This document shows positions 11,101-19,083 of a stretch of 64,000 nucleotides of DNA, one piece after another. The stretch spans positions 1-64,000 of the IMG/VR virus record IMGVR_UViG_3300024308_000018. One strand, given 5' to 3'. Both the position numbers and the translations under genes were made by a program. Positions within the stretch are counted from its first letter, which is position 1, and every line of letters begins with the position of its first letter. Below the pieces are notes generated by a model. The model did no database searches and had not been told where the DNA came from. It saw nothing but the letters and a program-made list of their open reading frames with translations.

Positions 11101-11601
11101 GTCGTGCTCGGTCGGATAGCGCTTGTCCGACATTGCCGGATGGTTGGACACCACGACGACAGCATCTGCCTGCTCGGCTTCCAGCTGCACAACACCCATG
11201 ACTTTCGGGGTTGCGTGCGGGATGGTGGTGTCGGCAGGGTCGAGACCGATGTCGGCCGGATTCTCCACAACCGGACGGAAGAACTGATCTACAACGTAGA
11301 TTTGTGCCAGCTCAGTGATCTCTTCCCACGTGCCACGGTGCACGCCATCGGTGCTGTGACTGGTGCGGCGACGCAGCGAACGGAACTCTGGGGAGCCCGG
11401 ATTCATGTTCAGCCACAACGTGTTGTAGGGAACTTCACTGAAGGTCGGCTCAGTGAAAGAGCACACGATGATAAACGAGCGTGCGGTCTCAGTGTCGTTC
11501 TCCATCTGCGTCAGTTGAACTGGATGTGCGGGATTACAGCCCCGCACACGTGCCAGATCATACCAACGCGCAATGGCTTTGTTGAGCAATTCCATAATCA
11601 C
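8200..11601 (-). CDS. Tail fibre/whisker protein with about 8 tandem Ig-like domains
   Basis: About 90-aa repeats beginning L/P-x-S-I-x-I-x-G...E...Y...Y/M-S-D-G-S (8 counted). The N-terminal module is shared with the two upstream genes. Confidence 0.85.
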   Translation of the reverse strand: MIMELLNKAIARWYDLARVRGCNPAHPVQLTQMENDTETARSFIIVCSFTEPTFSEVPYNTLWLNMNPGSPEFRSLRRRTSHSTDGVHRGTWEEITELAQIYVVDQFFRPVVENPADIGLDPADTTIPHATPKVMGVVQLEAEQADAVVVVSNHPAMSDKRYPTEHDHPDYPRKLVKISATHYAIIEGNAPAAGDILYLVRAHPTDRNVYYARWGKPTIEHIDWVSPRLERVIISLPGNASYMNDNGTMDLIGTAIWTDRTEVDPEGLVWSIQQNTVGVTIDPATGVVTCPKLQFDTDLTVKVKLRDVVFNKWVEAEYLLRIIVKSTVVTLVSIEIVGVTEMMPADQTTFGVVGHYSDGSSAALIPDTFASNNNDALALNGFVGVAKRVTQDTVVTLSAVKDGLTDTHDVLIRQFKPVTLTIQGAAVIDEHTEQAYAFYVAYNDGTQEQTTVDSFKCDNPKGTVTGNKVAAAEVAADEAAILTATKMVNGVTVTATKNITLRNVSNPPERIPESIQVLGATLVQEKTSSTYTAKVVYSDGSKEDLKVAELTGWETLVGSIAASGASGVFTAPEVTIDTPNTVTCKATVAGYAIQGHLDLMVKNEVIITLESIVITGATSVDEGSSTQYQADAYFSDGSVRGVAPGEMEQWQVTGTSTISNVGMLVAQQVTQDTLVTISLRANIGGIVKSDTIDVTIKDRAVLPASMQILGPTTANENTTSQYSAQITMSDGSKVAPDSITSWTIKSGVGTISAAGLATWPKVLANTPVVIELKAVKAGQAFTATLNVNIVNLGNIVSVALLGPAQITEGQTGTYTMEATLEDGSKSLFSTPALTFVTPTSNATISGNVVTASQVSADVPLTIRGTVTAEGKSWTADKDIVIKNVPLVLSSIVIQGPNTAAESTATATYTCVATMSDNSTKNVNPTWSISNAGGLTGVSISSSGILTTPAVAANTNIVITASYTEGGVTKTATKTVTITDTSVPPIGESKIKFGIVSRVNSPSGFNKAFLDSLTQELTGTVSDRIYMPAFSSTQDNDKWGYFAMPKAKCGYAYVRSVTSIDGKPGFVAVGGQYGFAGSWDGAKDYPDAWDFTGPWEGKIDGVDYVVYRNDFPFNQMEYTYEFQYHATDPMSGNP

Positions 11602-12206
11602 CCCGTGATTTCAGTGCGGGCCAGTTTGCGCTGGTCAGCGGAAGTGGGAGAGGCTGCGACGAAAGTTGCACCTTGCGCTGCGGCCCCGTTGTCCATGTTG
11701 ACCACGCCGATAACGTCGACAAGCGGTTTCTCGGGGTGCATCTCGTCATGCGGCAGCGGGTAGCGCTCGTCGGTCAGGCGCGGGTCACTTGCGGCGACGA
11801 ATGCGGGCGCAGTCTCTTGAGCTGCCGGATGGTTGAGCTTGGCGATGCCGTAGCGCGTGGTGGTCGCGATGTCGACGTTGCCCAGATTCGGATCGCCGTC
11901 GGCCGCGTCGTAGTATTGCGCAGACCAGATACTCTCAACGCGCTCGACCAGCTCCCACGTGTTGTTCAGTCCGTTGCTCGGAACCTTGCTCACGCGACGC
12001 ACGAACTTCATGTAGGTATCGCGGTCGCGGTTCATGTCGAGCCACACGACGTTGAGCGGCAGCATGCGCGTTGGCTCTTCGTCAGATACCCACACCATTG
12101 CGCTGTTGTTCAGCACTGCGTTGTACTGGCGGAAGATCTTCGCGCTCTGCCCAACGGTGTAACCAGTTACGGTCAGGATGGCCTGCGCCATTTCACGAAT
12201 GTTCAT
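11598..12206 (-). CDS. Tail fibre-associated protein (paralogue family)
   Basis: Start revised to ATG 12206 (TGATG overlap, GGAGG RBS). Motifs WLDMN, AT...G, D.RLTDERYPLPHDEMHPEKP. Confidence 0.7.
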   Translation of the reverse strand: MNIREMAQAILTVTGYTVGQSAKIFRQYNAVLNNSAMVWVSDEEPTRMLPLNVVWLDMNRDRDTYMKFVRRVSKVPSNGLNNTWELVERVESIWSAQYYDAADGDPNLGNVDIATTTRYGIAKLNHPAAQETAPAFVAASDPRLTDERYPLPHDEMHPEKPLVDVIGVVNMDNGAAAQGATFVAASPTSADQRKLARTEITG

Positions 12207-12841
12207 CAGACCTCCAAATCGCTTTCTTTCAGGTGACGCCACGTGTAGACGGGAACGCCCTCTACGACATCAGCAACCAGAGTGTCGCCCAAGCGCGGGG
12301 CAACCTGACTAGCGATTTTCACCGAGGTGCCGTCGCCAGTGCGGATGATGGTCGCGGGCTTCTCTGGGTGCATCTCCATATGCGGCTTCGGATCGCGGTC
12401 GTTGGTCAGGCGAATGTCGCCCTCGATTACAACCTTGGAATCCGGTTCCGGTGCCGACAGGTAACCGATGCCGTGCACTTGCTGGGTAGCTGGCGGCGGC
12501 AGCGTGATGGAGATCATGCCAGTGTCTTCCGGATCGTACTGCTGATCGGGGAACGCGTCGGCGTAGAAGTAGAGAACCTTCCACTCGTCACCGTCCGGAG
12601 TTTCCCCTTTCTTGGTACGCAGGTACGCATGCTGGTAGGTGTCGGACTCCGGATTGAAGTCAATCCAGATGGCCTGAATCGGCAGCAGCACGTACTTGGG
12701 TTGATGATACGAACAGCACACGACAGTCGCCTTGCCCGTAGCATCGTCCGTAAGGCGAACGATGATCGGGGCTTCTTGTTGACGGTGAATGTTCGTAGTC
12801 AACTCAAGTGCAGCGATATATTTCTCTAACTTGAGTTCCAT
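12206..12841 (-). CDS. Tail fibre-associated protein (paralogue family)
   Basis: Motifs WIDFNPES, PAT...G, DIRLTNDRDPKPHMEMHPEKP are shared with the two downstream genes. Confidence 0.7.
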   Translation of the reverse strand: MELKLEKYIAALELTTNIHRQQEAPIIVRLTDDATGKATVVCCSYHQPKYVLLPIQAIWIDFNPESDTYQHAYLRTKKGETPDGDEWKVLYFYADAFPDQQYDPEDTGMISITLPPPATQQVHGIGYLSAPEPDSKVVIEGDIRLTNDRDPKPHMEMHPEKPATIIRTGDGTSVKIASQVAPRLGDTLVADVVEGVPVYTWRHLKESDLEV

Positions 12842-12852
12842 GGATTACCCTC

Positions 12853-14511
12853 TTACTGGATTTCGGTGGCCCGAGAACCCTTCGGATTGATGTTGTAGCG
12901 GAAGAAGATCCGACGCACGGAGTTCGCCGGGTCGATGATCACGTCCAGAATCAGATCACCGTTAGCGATAGCGGTGTTCGGGTTGTTGGTGTGGTCACAG
13001 ATAACCTCGAACGGAGTAGCGCCGTCCACAGTGTTGAATGCACCCAGCAGGTTCAGGGCACTCAGCTCGTCGGTCGCCTTGGTTTTCAGATCCTGACGGA
13101 GCACAATGTCGTTGGGATCGAAGAGACCGTACTTGGCGCGGGCCGCTACCAGTTCCAGAACGCGACCGCTGACCGCACTGGCGTTGATGTTGCGCAGCGC
13201 AGACGGGCGACGGTACAGTGTGAGCTGTTCCCAGACGGCAAAGCTGCCTCCAATCTCGTCCGGCATCTTGCGGGCGTAGTTGATCTGGGCGTTGGTCAAC
13301 ACGTTACGCATCGGCTGATCGTAAATGATGTTGGTGCCGAGAACCTTGATGTGTTCACTCATGCGAAGACCAGCAGGAGCGCGCACAAAGTTTGCAGCAG
13401 CATACGCACCAGCAGCAAAAGCGACCACAGGCACATAGACTTTGCGAGCTTCTTGATCATCGAAGACCAAGAAGTCCCCGACGTAAAGGGCACCGTAGTA
13501 AGTGTCCAAGTTGAGAGTCTGTTCACGGTACTTAACAGCCTCACGCACGGAATGCTTATCGCTGGCAATCTGCATGAAGGCACGGCAGTTGTTATGGACG
13601 GCAGATGCGGCGACCATTGCGCGGTGAACGATGTGATCGTTACCTTGGCAGTTCAGCAACATGTGCGGGGAAAGTTGTTCAGGGTCACTGAAGAACTTGG
13701 CGTAGGCTTGCGCGATTTCATCGCTGGTTGCACGACGGCCAGCTGTACCACCACGCATGTCGGACTTCGCGGTGCGCAGGACGGGGACAGCAGGGCAGCT
13801 CTTGTTACGCTTGAAGCGCAGGATCTTACTGTCGCGTTCCAGAACTTCGGACAGCTCGTACTGGCGGCCCTCGCCGTCGACGTAGTGGTCGAAGGTGACG
13901 AGGTGGCTTTCGTTGGGCATTGCGCCAGCAACGTAGTTCTCGAAAACCTGCACACGGAAGATCGTCGGGTCGTACTCGCCACGGTTCTTGATAGGGTCAA
14001 GGCCCTTGGGTACGTTCGGCTGCACGAATACCAGCGTGCCTTCGGCCCAGTCGCCGGGGTTTGCTTGGAAGAAGCAGCCGAGCACGGTGTCGATCAGCGG
14101 GTCGGTGGGCAGCCAGCCGAGTTCGTCGGGAGACAGTACGCCCTCGACCTCGCCGTTTGCATTGGTGCGCGGGGACAGGTTGATCTTCGGAACGTTGGCT
14201 TTCGGGTCATCCACGGACAGGTTCAACACGGCGTAGTGCGCTTCCGGCGCGAGACGCAGGTTGTAGAGTTGGTTCGTGAACTTGTGAACGAGTTCAGCGA
14301 ACGTGCCCATGTACCCGAACTTTTTGTGGTTGCGCTTACCGAAGTATGCAGTCCAGTCGTCGGCCGTCAGGGAACGAAACACCATGTTGACGGGGCCGCG
14401 CTCAGCTTCACCAACCATCGCGACACGCAGGCCGCTGTTGACGATGTTGAGGCGAGAGAAATCTCGGATCTTGGTATATACACCAGCCGAGCTATGCGGA
14501 ACATTACTCAT
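12853..14511 (-). CDS. Contractile tail sheath protein
   Basis: Start revised to 14511 (ATGA overlap with the lysozyme stop). N-terminal AGVY...D.S and G.AERGPVN; C-terminal APAG, LFDPND, EVICD.TNN....I.NG.L..D are characteristic sheath motifs. Confidence 0.9.
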   Translation of the reverse strand: MSNVPHSSAGVYTKIRDFSRLNIVNSGLRVAMVGEAERGPVNMVFRSLTADDWTAYFGKRNHKKFGYMGTFAELVHKFTNQLYNLRLAPEAHYAVLNLSVDDPKANVPKINLSPRTNANGEVEGVLSPDELGWLPTDPLIDTVLGCFFQANPGDWAEGTLVFVQPNVPKGLDPIKNRGEYDPTIFRVQVFENYVAGAMPNESHLVTFDHYVDGEGRQYELSEVLERDSKILRFKRNKSCPAVPVLRTAKSDMRGGTAGRRATSDEIAQAYAKFFSDPEQLSPHMLLNCQGNDHIVHRAMVAASAVHNNCRAFMQIASDKHSVREAVKYREQTLNLDTYYGALYVGDFLVFDDQEARKVYVPVVAFAAGAYAAANFVRAPAGLRMSEHIKVLGTNIIYDQPMRNVLTNAQINYARKMPDEIGGSFAVWEQLTLYRRPSALRNINASAVSGRVLELVAARAKYGLFDPNDIVLRQDLKTKATDELSALNLLGAFNTVDGATPFEVICDHTNNPNTAIANGDLILDVIIDPANSVRRIFFRYNINPKGSRATEIQ

Positions 14512-14993
14512 AGCTTCAATACTCCGTTGTAAACTTGTGGAATTGAACCGTGATACATGACCAGTGCGTGTCGCTGCGCGCGTTCCGGAGTATCGCGTTT
14601 GGCCCATTTGCTATCCAGCATTTGGTTGTAGGCTTCACGCCAGTTACCAGCGGCGGCTGCCTTCAGGAACTGACCAAACCCGAGCACGCCGGAAATACCC
14701 AGCTGGTGAATCATAGACACGACGATGGCGCGGCGATCCTCATTCATCTGGTTCCACGCAGCGGCCAGCTTTGCTTCTGCCTGCTGCACGTACTCTTCGG
14801 AAAGCTCACTCAACATCAGGTGAGAAACTTTCCGGCTCATGCTGAAGTTTGCGTAGTGGGCGAGCGGAGCATTCAGCCTACAAAGCAGAAATCCCGAGCC
14901 AATGGTCGGGAAACCTTTCGTATCGTAGTACGCTTTGGGGCGAAACCCTTCTTCGAAGTCCATGACGACAACGGCGTGAGTTGGGACTGTCAT
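14508..14993 (-). CDS. T4-type (GH24) lysozyme
   Basis: EEG.R.KAY.DT.G.PTIG.G catalytic E/D/T motif and C-terminal SKWA...TP.RA.R. Confidence 0.92.
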   Translation of the reverse strand: MTVPTHAVVVMDFEEGFRPKAYYDTKGFPTIGSGFLLCRLNAPLAHYANFSMSRKVSHLMLSELSEEYVQQAEAKLAAAWNQMNEDRRAIVVSMIHQLGISGVLGFGQFLKAAAAGNWREAYNQMLDSKWAKRDTPERAQRHALVMYHGSIPQVYNGVLKL

Positions 14994-14996
14994 GAT

Positions 14997-15395
14997 TTAC
15001 TTCCGCTGCTTTTTCTTGCGGGCCCGCGCCATCGCTTCGTTGCGCTTCGCGTTCAGAATGGACACGCGATTACGCAGGCTCTCGATAGACTTGCGGGTGT
15101 TGTTCAGACGGCTCACCAGTTTCTTTTGCAGGGCTTGCGTTTCCTTGAGGGGTCGCGGGCTTGTGCCGAGGTAGCCTTTGTTCTTCGCATCGAACTTTTC
15201 GAGTTCGGCGCGGGCACCTTCACGGACAAGTTGGCGACGCTGCTTGGTGAGCTTGATGATGTTGTCGACCTTATTACGCGACGCAACAAGGCCCTTACGC
15301 TTCGCCACCAACTCACGGCCTTTTGCTTTTGCCGCTGCCAGTCGCTTGTCGTAAGTTGCAACGCTGTATAAACGTTGCGGCTTATCAGTTGGCAT
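14997..15395 (-). CDS. Basic helical hypothetical protein, first gene of the tail operon
   Basis: ATG 15395 follows GGAGG; very K/R-rich. Confidence 0.7.
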   Translation of the reverse strand: MPTDKPQRLYSVATYDKRLAAAKAKGRELVAKRKGLVASRNKVDNIIKLTKQRRQLVREGARAELEKFDAKNKGYLGTSPRPLKETQALQKKLVSRLNNTRKSIESLRNRVSILNAKRNEAMARARKKKQRK

Positions 15396-15440
15396 TCTCG
15401 CCTCCAATCAACGTTGATTAAACACATTTTGACGTCGGTG

Positions 15441-15450
15441 GTAAATTAGC
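15441..15450 (-). promoter_or_regulatory. Putative late promoter (GCTAATTTAC)
   Basis: Lies between a terminator and the start of the tail operon. The TAATTT core recurs at 27656, 52437 and 53276. Confidence 0.6.
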
Positions 15451-15460
15451 GTTTGAATGC

Positions 15461-15488
15461 GAAAAGGGCCCGCAAAAGCAGGCCCTTG
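15461..15488 (-). terminator. Rho-independent terminator
   Basis: Minus strand aagggcctgc-tttt-gcgggccctttt just after the HD gene stop. Confidence 0.85.
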
Positions 15489-15497
15489 TTCTACGCG

Positions 15498-16358
15498 TTA
15501 GCTGTTCATATCCAACACAATGCGGTGAAGATCTAGCACGGCTTGGAGTGCAGCTTTGTTCTCAGGCAGCTGCACGCGACCAACGCAACCCTTCTCGATG
15601 AAGCGGATCTGTGCACGGCAGAAGGTTTCGATGTCCAAGTGTGCATCGTTACCTTGGGTCGCCATGTCATGCGCAATCACGCTGCCCAGTGCAGGCCAGA
15701 ACGGAGTGGCTGACATCATGAGATCAGCTTCAGCCACGATACGCGCTGCCAGCGCAAACTGCTCTTCCCATGTGGCGGTGGCCGCAAGAGGGTCAAGAGA
15801 GCTTTCTGGAATGTCATGAGGGAATTCCCCGCACGTCCATTCAGTGAGGCGCAAAATCTCAGAGATGTGTTGCGCTTCCTTAATGTCGAGCCCAAGACTA
15901 TCACCGTGGACTGCAACAACGTTGCGGATGTAACGTTGTGCACGTGACACATTGTCTGAGTCGGGCAGTGCGCCATGAGAATGGAACGAATCGTGGAACA
16001 TTGCAGCTACTACTGCAACGCGAGCCATGACCGGATGGTACGGCAAGTATATGTTGCACAACCGCCGCGTCAGAATCGCAATCAACACACCATGCGATAG
16101 GCAGTGATAGCCATATGTGGTGTAGGAGTCGGTGAACGCCGCCACCCAGTGCGGGTCGTAGATCCCCACGTGGTTGGAGAGCGTGGCCGCAGTGTGCAGC
16201 TCCATATCGCGCTCGCTAGGCATGTCGGAGCGGAACAACTCAAACCGCTCGTCCTTCCAGTAGGGAGCGCCTTCGCCGTAGACTGCGGCCAGCGCTTCCT
16301 CTATCTTGCGTGCACGAATGGATGCCAGTTCGTGGAGTGCATCTTCGTAACGTTTCAT
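15498..16358 (-). CDS. HD-superfamily phosphohydrolase, class I phosphodiesterase-like
   Basis: Motifs YH...H, AAMFHD..H....D..N, T, ADL and Q..FI. Confidence 0.75.
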   Translation of the reverse strand: MKRYEDALHELASIRARKIEEALAAVYGEGAPYWKDERFELFRSDMPSERDMELHTAATLSNHVGIYDPHWVAAFTDSYTTYGYHCLSHGVLIAILTRRLCNIYLPYHPVMARVAVVAAMFHDSFHSHGALPDSDNVSRAQRYIRNVVAVHGDSLGLDIKEAQHISEILRLTEWTCGEFPHDIPESSLDPLAATATWEEQFALAARIVAEADLMMSATPFWPALGSVIAHDMATQGNDAHLDIETFCRAQIRFIEKGCVGRVQLPENKAALQAVLDLHRIVLDMNS

Positions 16359-16370
16359 ATCCTTTCCTTG

Positions 16371-17186
16371 TCAGTGGCAGACGTCCACGCCTACCGGTTG
16401 ATTATTGGCGAGCAGGTCGATGCGCTGCTGACGTTTGGGGGCGTGCTCTTCGGGAACGGTGTAGGGAGAAGTGCGAATGTAGTTCCACAACTTCTTGTAC
16501 ATGTTCTTCGCCATGGCAGAGCCACGGACTTCGGCGTAGACGTGTAGCTCTTGCAGCAGAACCTTGATGATGGACTCAACGTGAATGACGCGAGTGCTAC
16601 CGAACGCGACGTCAACGTTCCACGGCTGCGACACCACGACAGTACGAGCCCAGCGGTCGTGAACGAGAGTGCCACCAGCATCCGGACGGCGGCAGTGAGT
16701 GTTGTCATCCACCAGCACGTAGTTTCCGCGACCGGACAGTCCGGAGAAGTGGGACTCCATGAATTCGTGCTTGGAGACCGACGAGGGAACGGCGACGACT
16801 TGCGGAGTTGCGGTCGGCACGTGCTTGGCGAAGAACTCTTCGGTAAATCGCTGGCCGTCTTCGTGGTAACCGCGATGCGTGAGCACGAAGTGCGGGTACT
16901 CGATGTAGCTCAGAGCTTTCAGCAGATACTCGGCACCCGGCAGCAGCGGAGCTTCGCGCATGAACGTTGCATCTTGCAACGCAGTGTTTTGATACTTGCG
17001 CTCAATCAGATCGTCACCTAGAGACAGCGTTGGGCACGCCAAGCACTTGGCCTCGTTGGCGCCTGCGGCTACCGCCACCTTGGTGAACCATGAGCGGGTA
17101 TCGACCAGCGTGTCGTCGGCGTCCAGAGCCAGTACCGGAAGATGGTGATGAATGTCAGCAGCGAACTTGAAAGTGAAGTTAGACAT
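16371..17186 (-). CDS. HAD-superfamily 5'(3')-deoxyribonucleotidase-like protein
   Basis: HAD motifs LDADDTLVD, LTHRG, K and LVDDN, plus PWN. Confidence 0.8.
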   Translation of the reverse strand: MSNFTFKFAADIHHHLPVLALDADDTLVDTRSWFTKVAVAAGANEAKCLACPTLSLGDDLIERKYQNTALQDATFMREAPLLPGAEYLLKALSYIEYPHFVLTHRGYHEDGQRFTEEFFAKHVPTATPQVVAVPSSVSKHEFMESHFSGLSGRGNYVLVDDNTHCRRPDAGGTLVHDRWARTVVVSQPWNVDVAFGSTRVIHVESIIKVLLQELHVYAEVRGSAMAKNMYKKLWNYIRTSPYTVPEEHAPKRQQRIDLLANNQPVGVDVCH

Positions 17187-17920
17187 CAGTGATGAATTCC
17201 GTTGATGATGTAGGTTTGGTCGTTACTGCGTATCGCTACGCATGAATAGCGTGTGGTGCTTTGCGGATCGTCTGACGGCACTACAGATACCGCCACGCTG
17301 TCCGGTCGGCCACCGCACATATAAGAAATAAGTATGAACAGGCGGAACGTTACGCACTCTTCAGTGTTCAGCGGGGCCCCGTGCTTGAGGCCGTCCTCGA
17401 CAATGCTTGAGCACGCTGCCGCAATCCTGTCCCCATACTCTGGGTTCCGCGTGCGCAGCGCCACAAGGTAATCAACCACAGAGACGTTGTTGTAGTCCTT
17501 GAGGTCGGTCATTGTGGAGCGCCGCGCGTACTGAATGGAGCGCGTTGTCTTCGGCACCACGTAGTCCCATGGCATTTCACGCAGCTCTTCCTGAGTGATT
17601 CCAGACAGCTCGCTCATACGGCGGCGTGCCGTGGAGTTGCGGTGGTTGTAACGGTCACAGCCCAGCATCCGGTTCGCCATGTTGTAGCGAATCGGCGACG
17701 GGAACAGTGCTGCGATCCACAGGTAACCATGCTCAGGCGCATGGAAGTTGGATTCAACGAGGGAGAACATTGCGCTCATTGGATCCGGACTTTCCATGAT
17801 CTGGGTGCGCCACTGCTGCCAGCTGTGATACGCGAACCCTGTCAGAGGAATGTATGTGGCAGGTACGCCACCACGAATCCAGCTAGTGGGGATGCCTCGG
17901 TGTTTGGGGAACAGCTTCAT
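17186..17920 (-). CDS. Hypothetical protein (RLF..Y..G family)
   Basis: Start revised to ATG 17920 (TAATG overlap); coupled to neighbours on both sides. Confidence 0.65.
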   Translation of the reverse strand: MKLFPKHRGIPTSWIRGGVPATYIPLTGFAYHSWQQWRTQIMESPDPMSAMFSLVESNFHAPEHGYLWIAALFPSPIRYNMANRMLGCDRYNHRNSTARRRMSELSGITQEELREMPWDYVVPKTTRSIQYARRSTMTDLKDYNNVSVVDYLVALRTRNPEYGDRIAAACSSIVEDGLKHGAPLNTEECVTFRLFILISYMCGGRPDSVAVSVVPSDDPQSTTRYSCVAIRSNDQTYIINGIHH

Positions 17921-18498
17921 TACTTGCACTCCGCGACAGTAGACCAATCGAAGTTGAGATCGAACTGGTTGGGCTCTTGGATCACCACGTCACCTGACGG
18001 GAACTTCAGCACGATGCGCTCGGGGGTAATCTCGATCTCGTCCATAGAAGGCGCGGCCCCGTAGACGTAATCAAGAAACAAGCGCAGCACCGCTTTCAAC
18101 TTCCACTCTTCGACGTTCGCGTAATCAGCCGCATTGCGCAGCGAGGTAATGCCGCAGCGAATGCGCGCGTACATTGACTTGTACTCGTCTTCGATGTGCG
18201 CCATGTAATCTGGCAGTTCCATGAACACCGTCGGGCGCATGTAGTAGCGGCACTTGACGCTCTTCCCTGCCGAGCGTGAGATGGCAACGCGCTTGCAAAG
18301 GTGGTGGCCAAAGTGCATTGGTGGCAGCAGACCCGCCAACATCGTGATACTGAACGTTGACATGCCGTACTTGGTGCGGTCGAGCCAGTCGTAGGTGAAG
18401 TTCACCGGAGACGTGGTTACCAGCAGGGAGCCCAGCATTTCATCGCCAAAGTAGGCCATCGCTTTATGGAGGTAAGGCAAACTTATTTTCGACATCAT
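17920..18498 (-). CDS. Hypothetical protein (RLFLDYVYG family)
   Basis: RBS GAGG, operon packing, motif shared with neighbours. Confidence 0.65.
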   Translation of the reverse strand: MMSKISLPYLHKAMAYFGDEMLGSLLVTTSPVNFTYDWLDRTKYGMSTFSITMLAGLLPPMHFGHHLCKRVAISRSAGKSVKCRYYMRPTVFMELPDYMAHIEDEYKSMYARIRCGITSLRNAADYANVEEWKLKAVLRLFLDYVYGAAPSMDEIEITPERIVLKFPSGDVVIQEPNQFDLNFDWSTVAECK

Positions 18499-18503
18499 TC
18501 ACC

Positions 18504-19070
18504 TCACAGCGGGCCGTCGTAGATGGAGAAGCTGGGGCCTGCGGGATCCGCGTACAGCTCAATCTTGGCCCAGCCGACTTTTACCACGCCGTTTTCTCTG
18601 GTCTTCGGAGTGATGGAGATGTCGAACGCGTGGGGATAGCACACGAACCCGAACATGAATTCGAGGAACAGACGCAACCGCGATTGCAGGTAGTTGTCGC
18701 TCGGGGAATCCAAGTGGTCGTAGATAATCTCGCGCACGCCGTCACCCCAGCGATTGATTCGATCCAACTCATACTTGGGCAGCGTGCCGCCCAAGTGGTC
18801 GCGCAGTGTATCGAAATCTTCAACGCGCTTGGTGCGGTGCTTGCCTATGTAGAATGGCGCGACGGGCGGCAGCAACTTCTTCTTGGTGTCGAGAAGTTCG
18901 CGGGCCACACGCTCGCGGGCCGTGTACGGGTACAACAGCATCAGGACGTCCACGGTCGTCGCACTACGTCCGAATGTGTTGAGGATTGTTTCTATAGTTG
19001 AGGATGGGGCATCTGCGTCGAGCAACCAGTCAACGCGTGCGCCAAACATTTCTATCACTTTGTGTCTCAT
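18504..19070 (-). CDS. Hypothetical protein (RLFLEFMFG family)
   Basis: Operon packing, motif shared with neighbours. Confidence 0.65.
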   Translation of the reverse strand: MRHKVIEMFGARVDWLLDADAPSSTIETILNTFGRSATTVDVLMLLYPYTARERVARELLDTKKKLLPPVAPFYIGKHRTKRVEDFDTLRDHLGGTLPKYELDRINRWGDGVREIIYDHLDSPSDNYLQSRLRLFLEFMFGFVCYPHAFDISITPKTRENGVVKVGWAKIELYADPAGPSFSIYDGPL

Positions 19071-19083
19071 GGGAAGTACCGTA

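Noticed and set aside
8167-11763. Very long plus-strand ORFs (also 41482..44796, 2425..4311, 12991..14532, 47308..48822, 54682..56316)
   Set aside because: They lie antisense to motif-bearing minus-strand genes and show no recognisable motifs. Codon bias in GC-rich genes depletes antisense stops.
5271-12841. Diversity-generating retroelement or invertible tail fibre cassette
   Set aside because: No reverse transcriptase or invertase in the window. The paralogues are diverged throughout, with no near-identical template/variable repeat pair seen.
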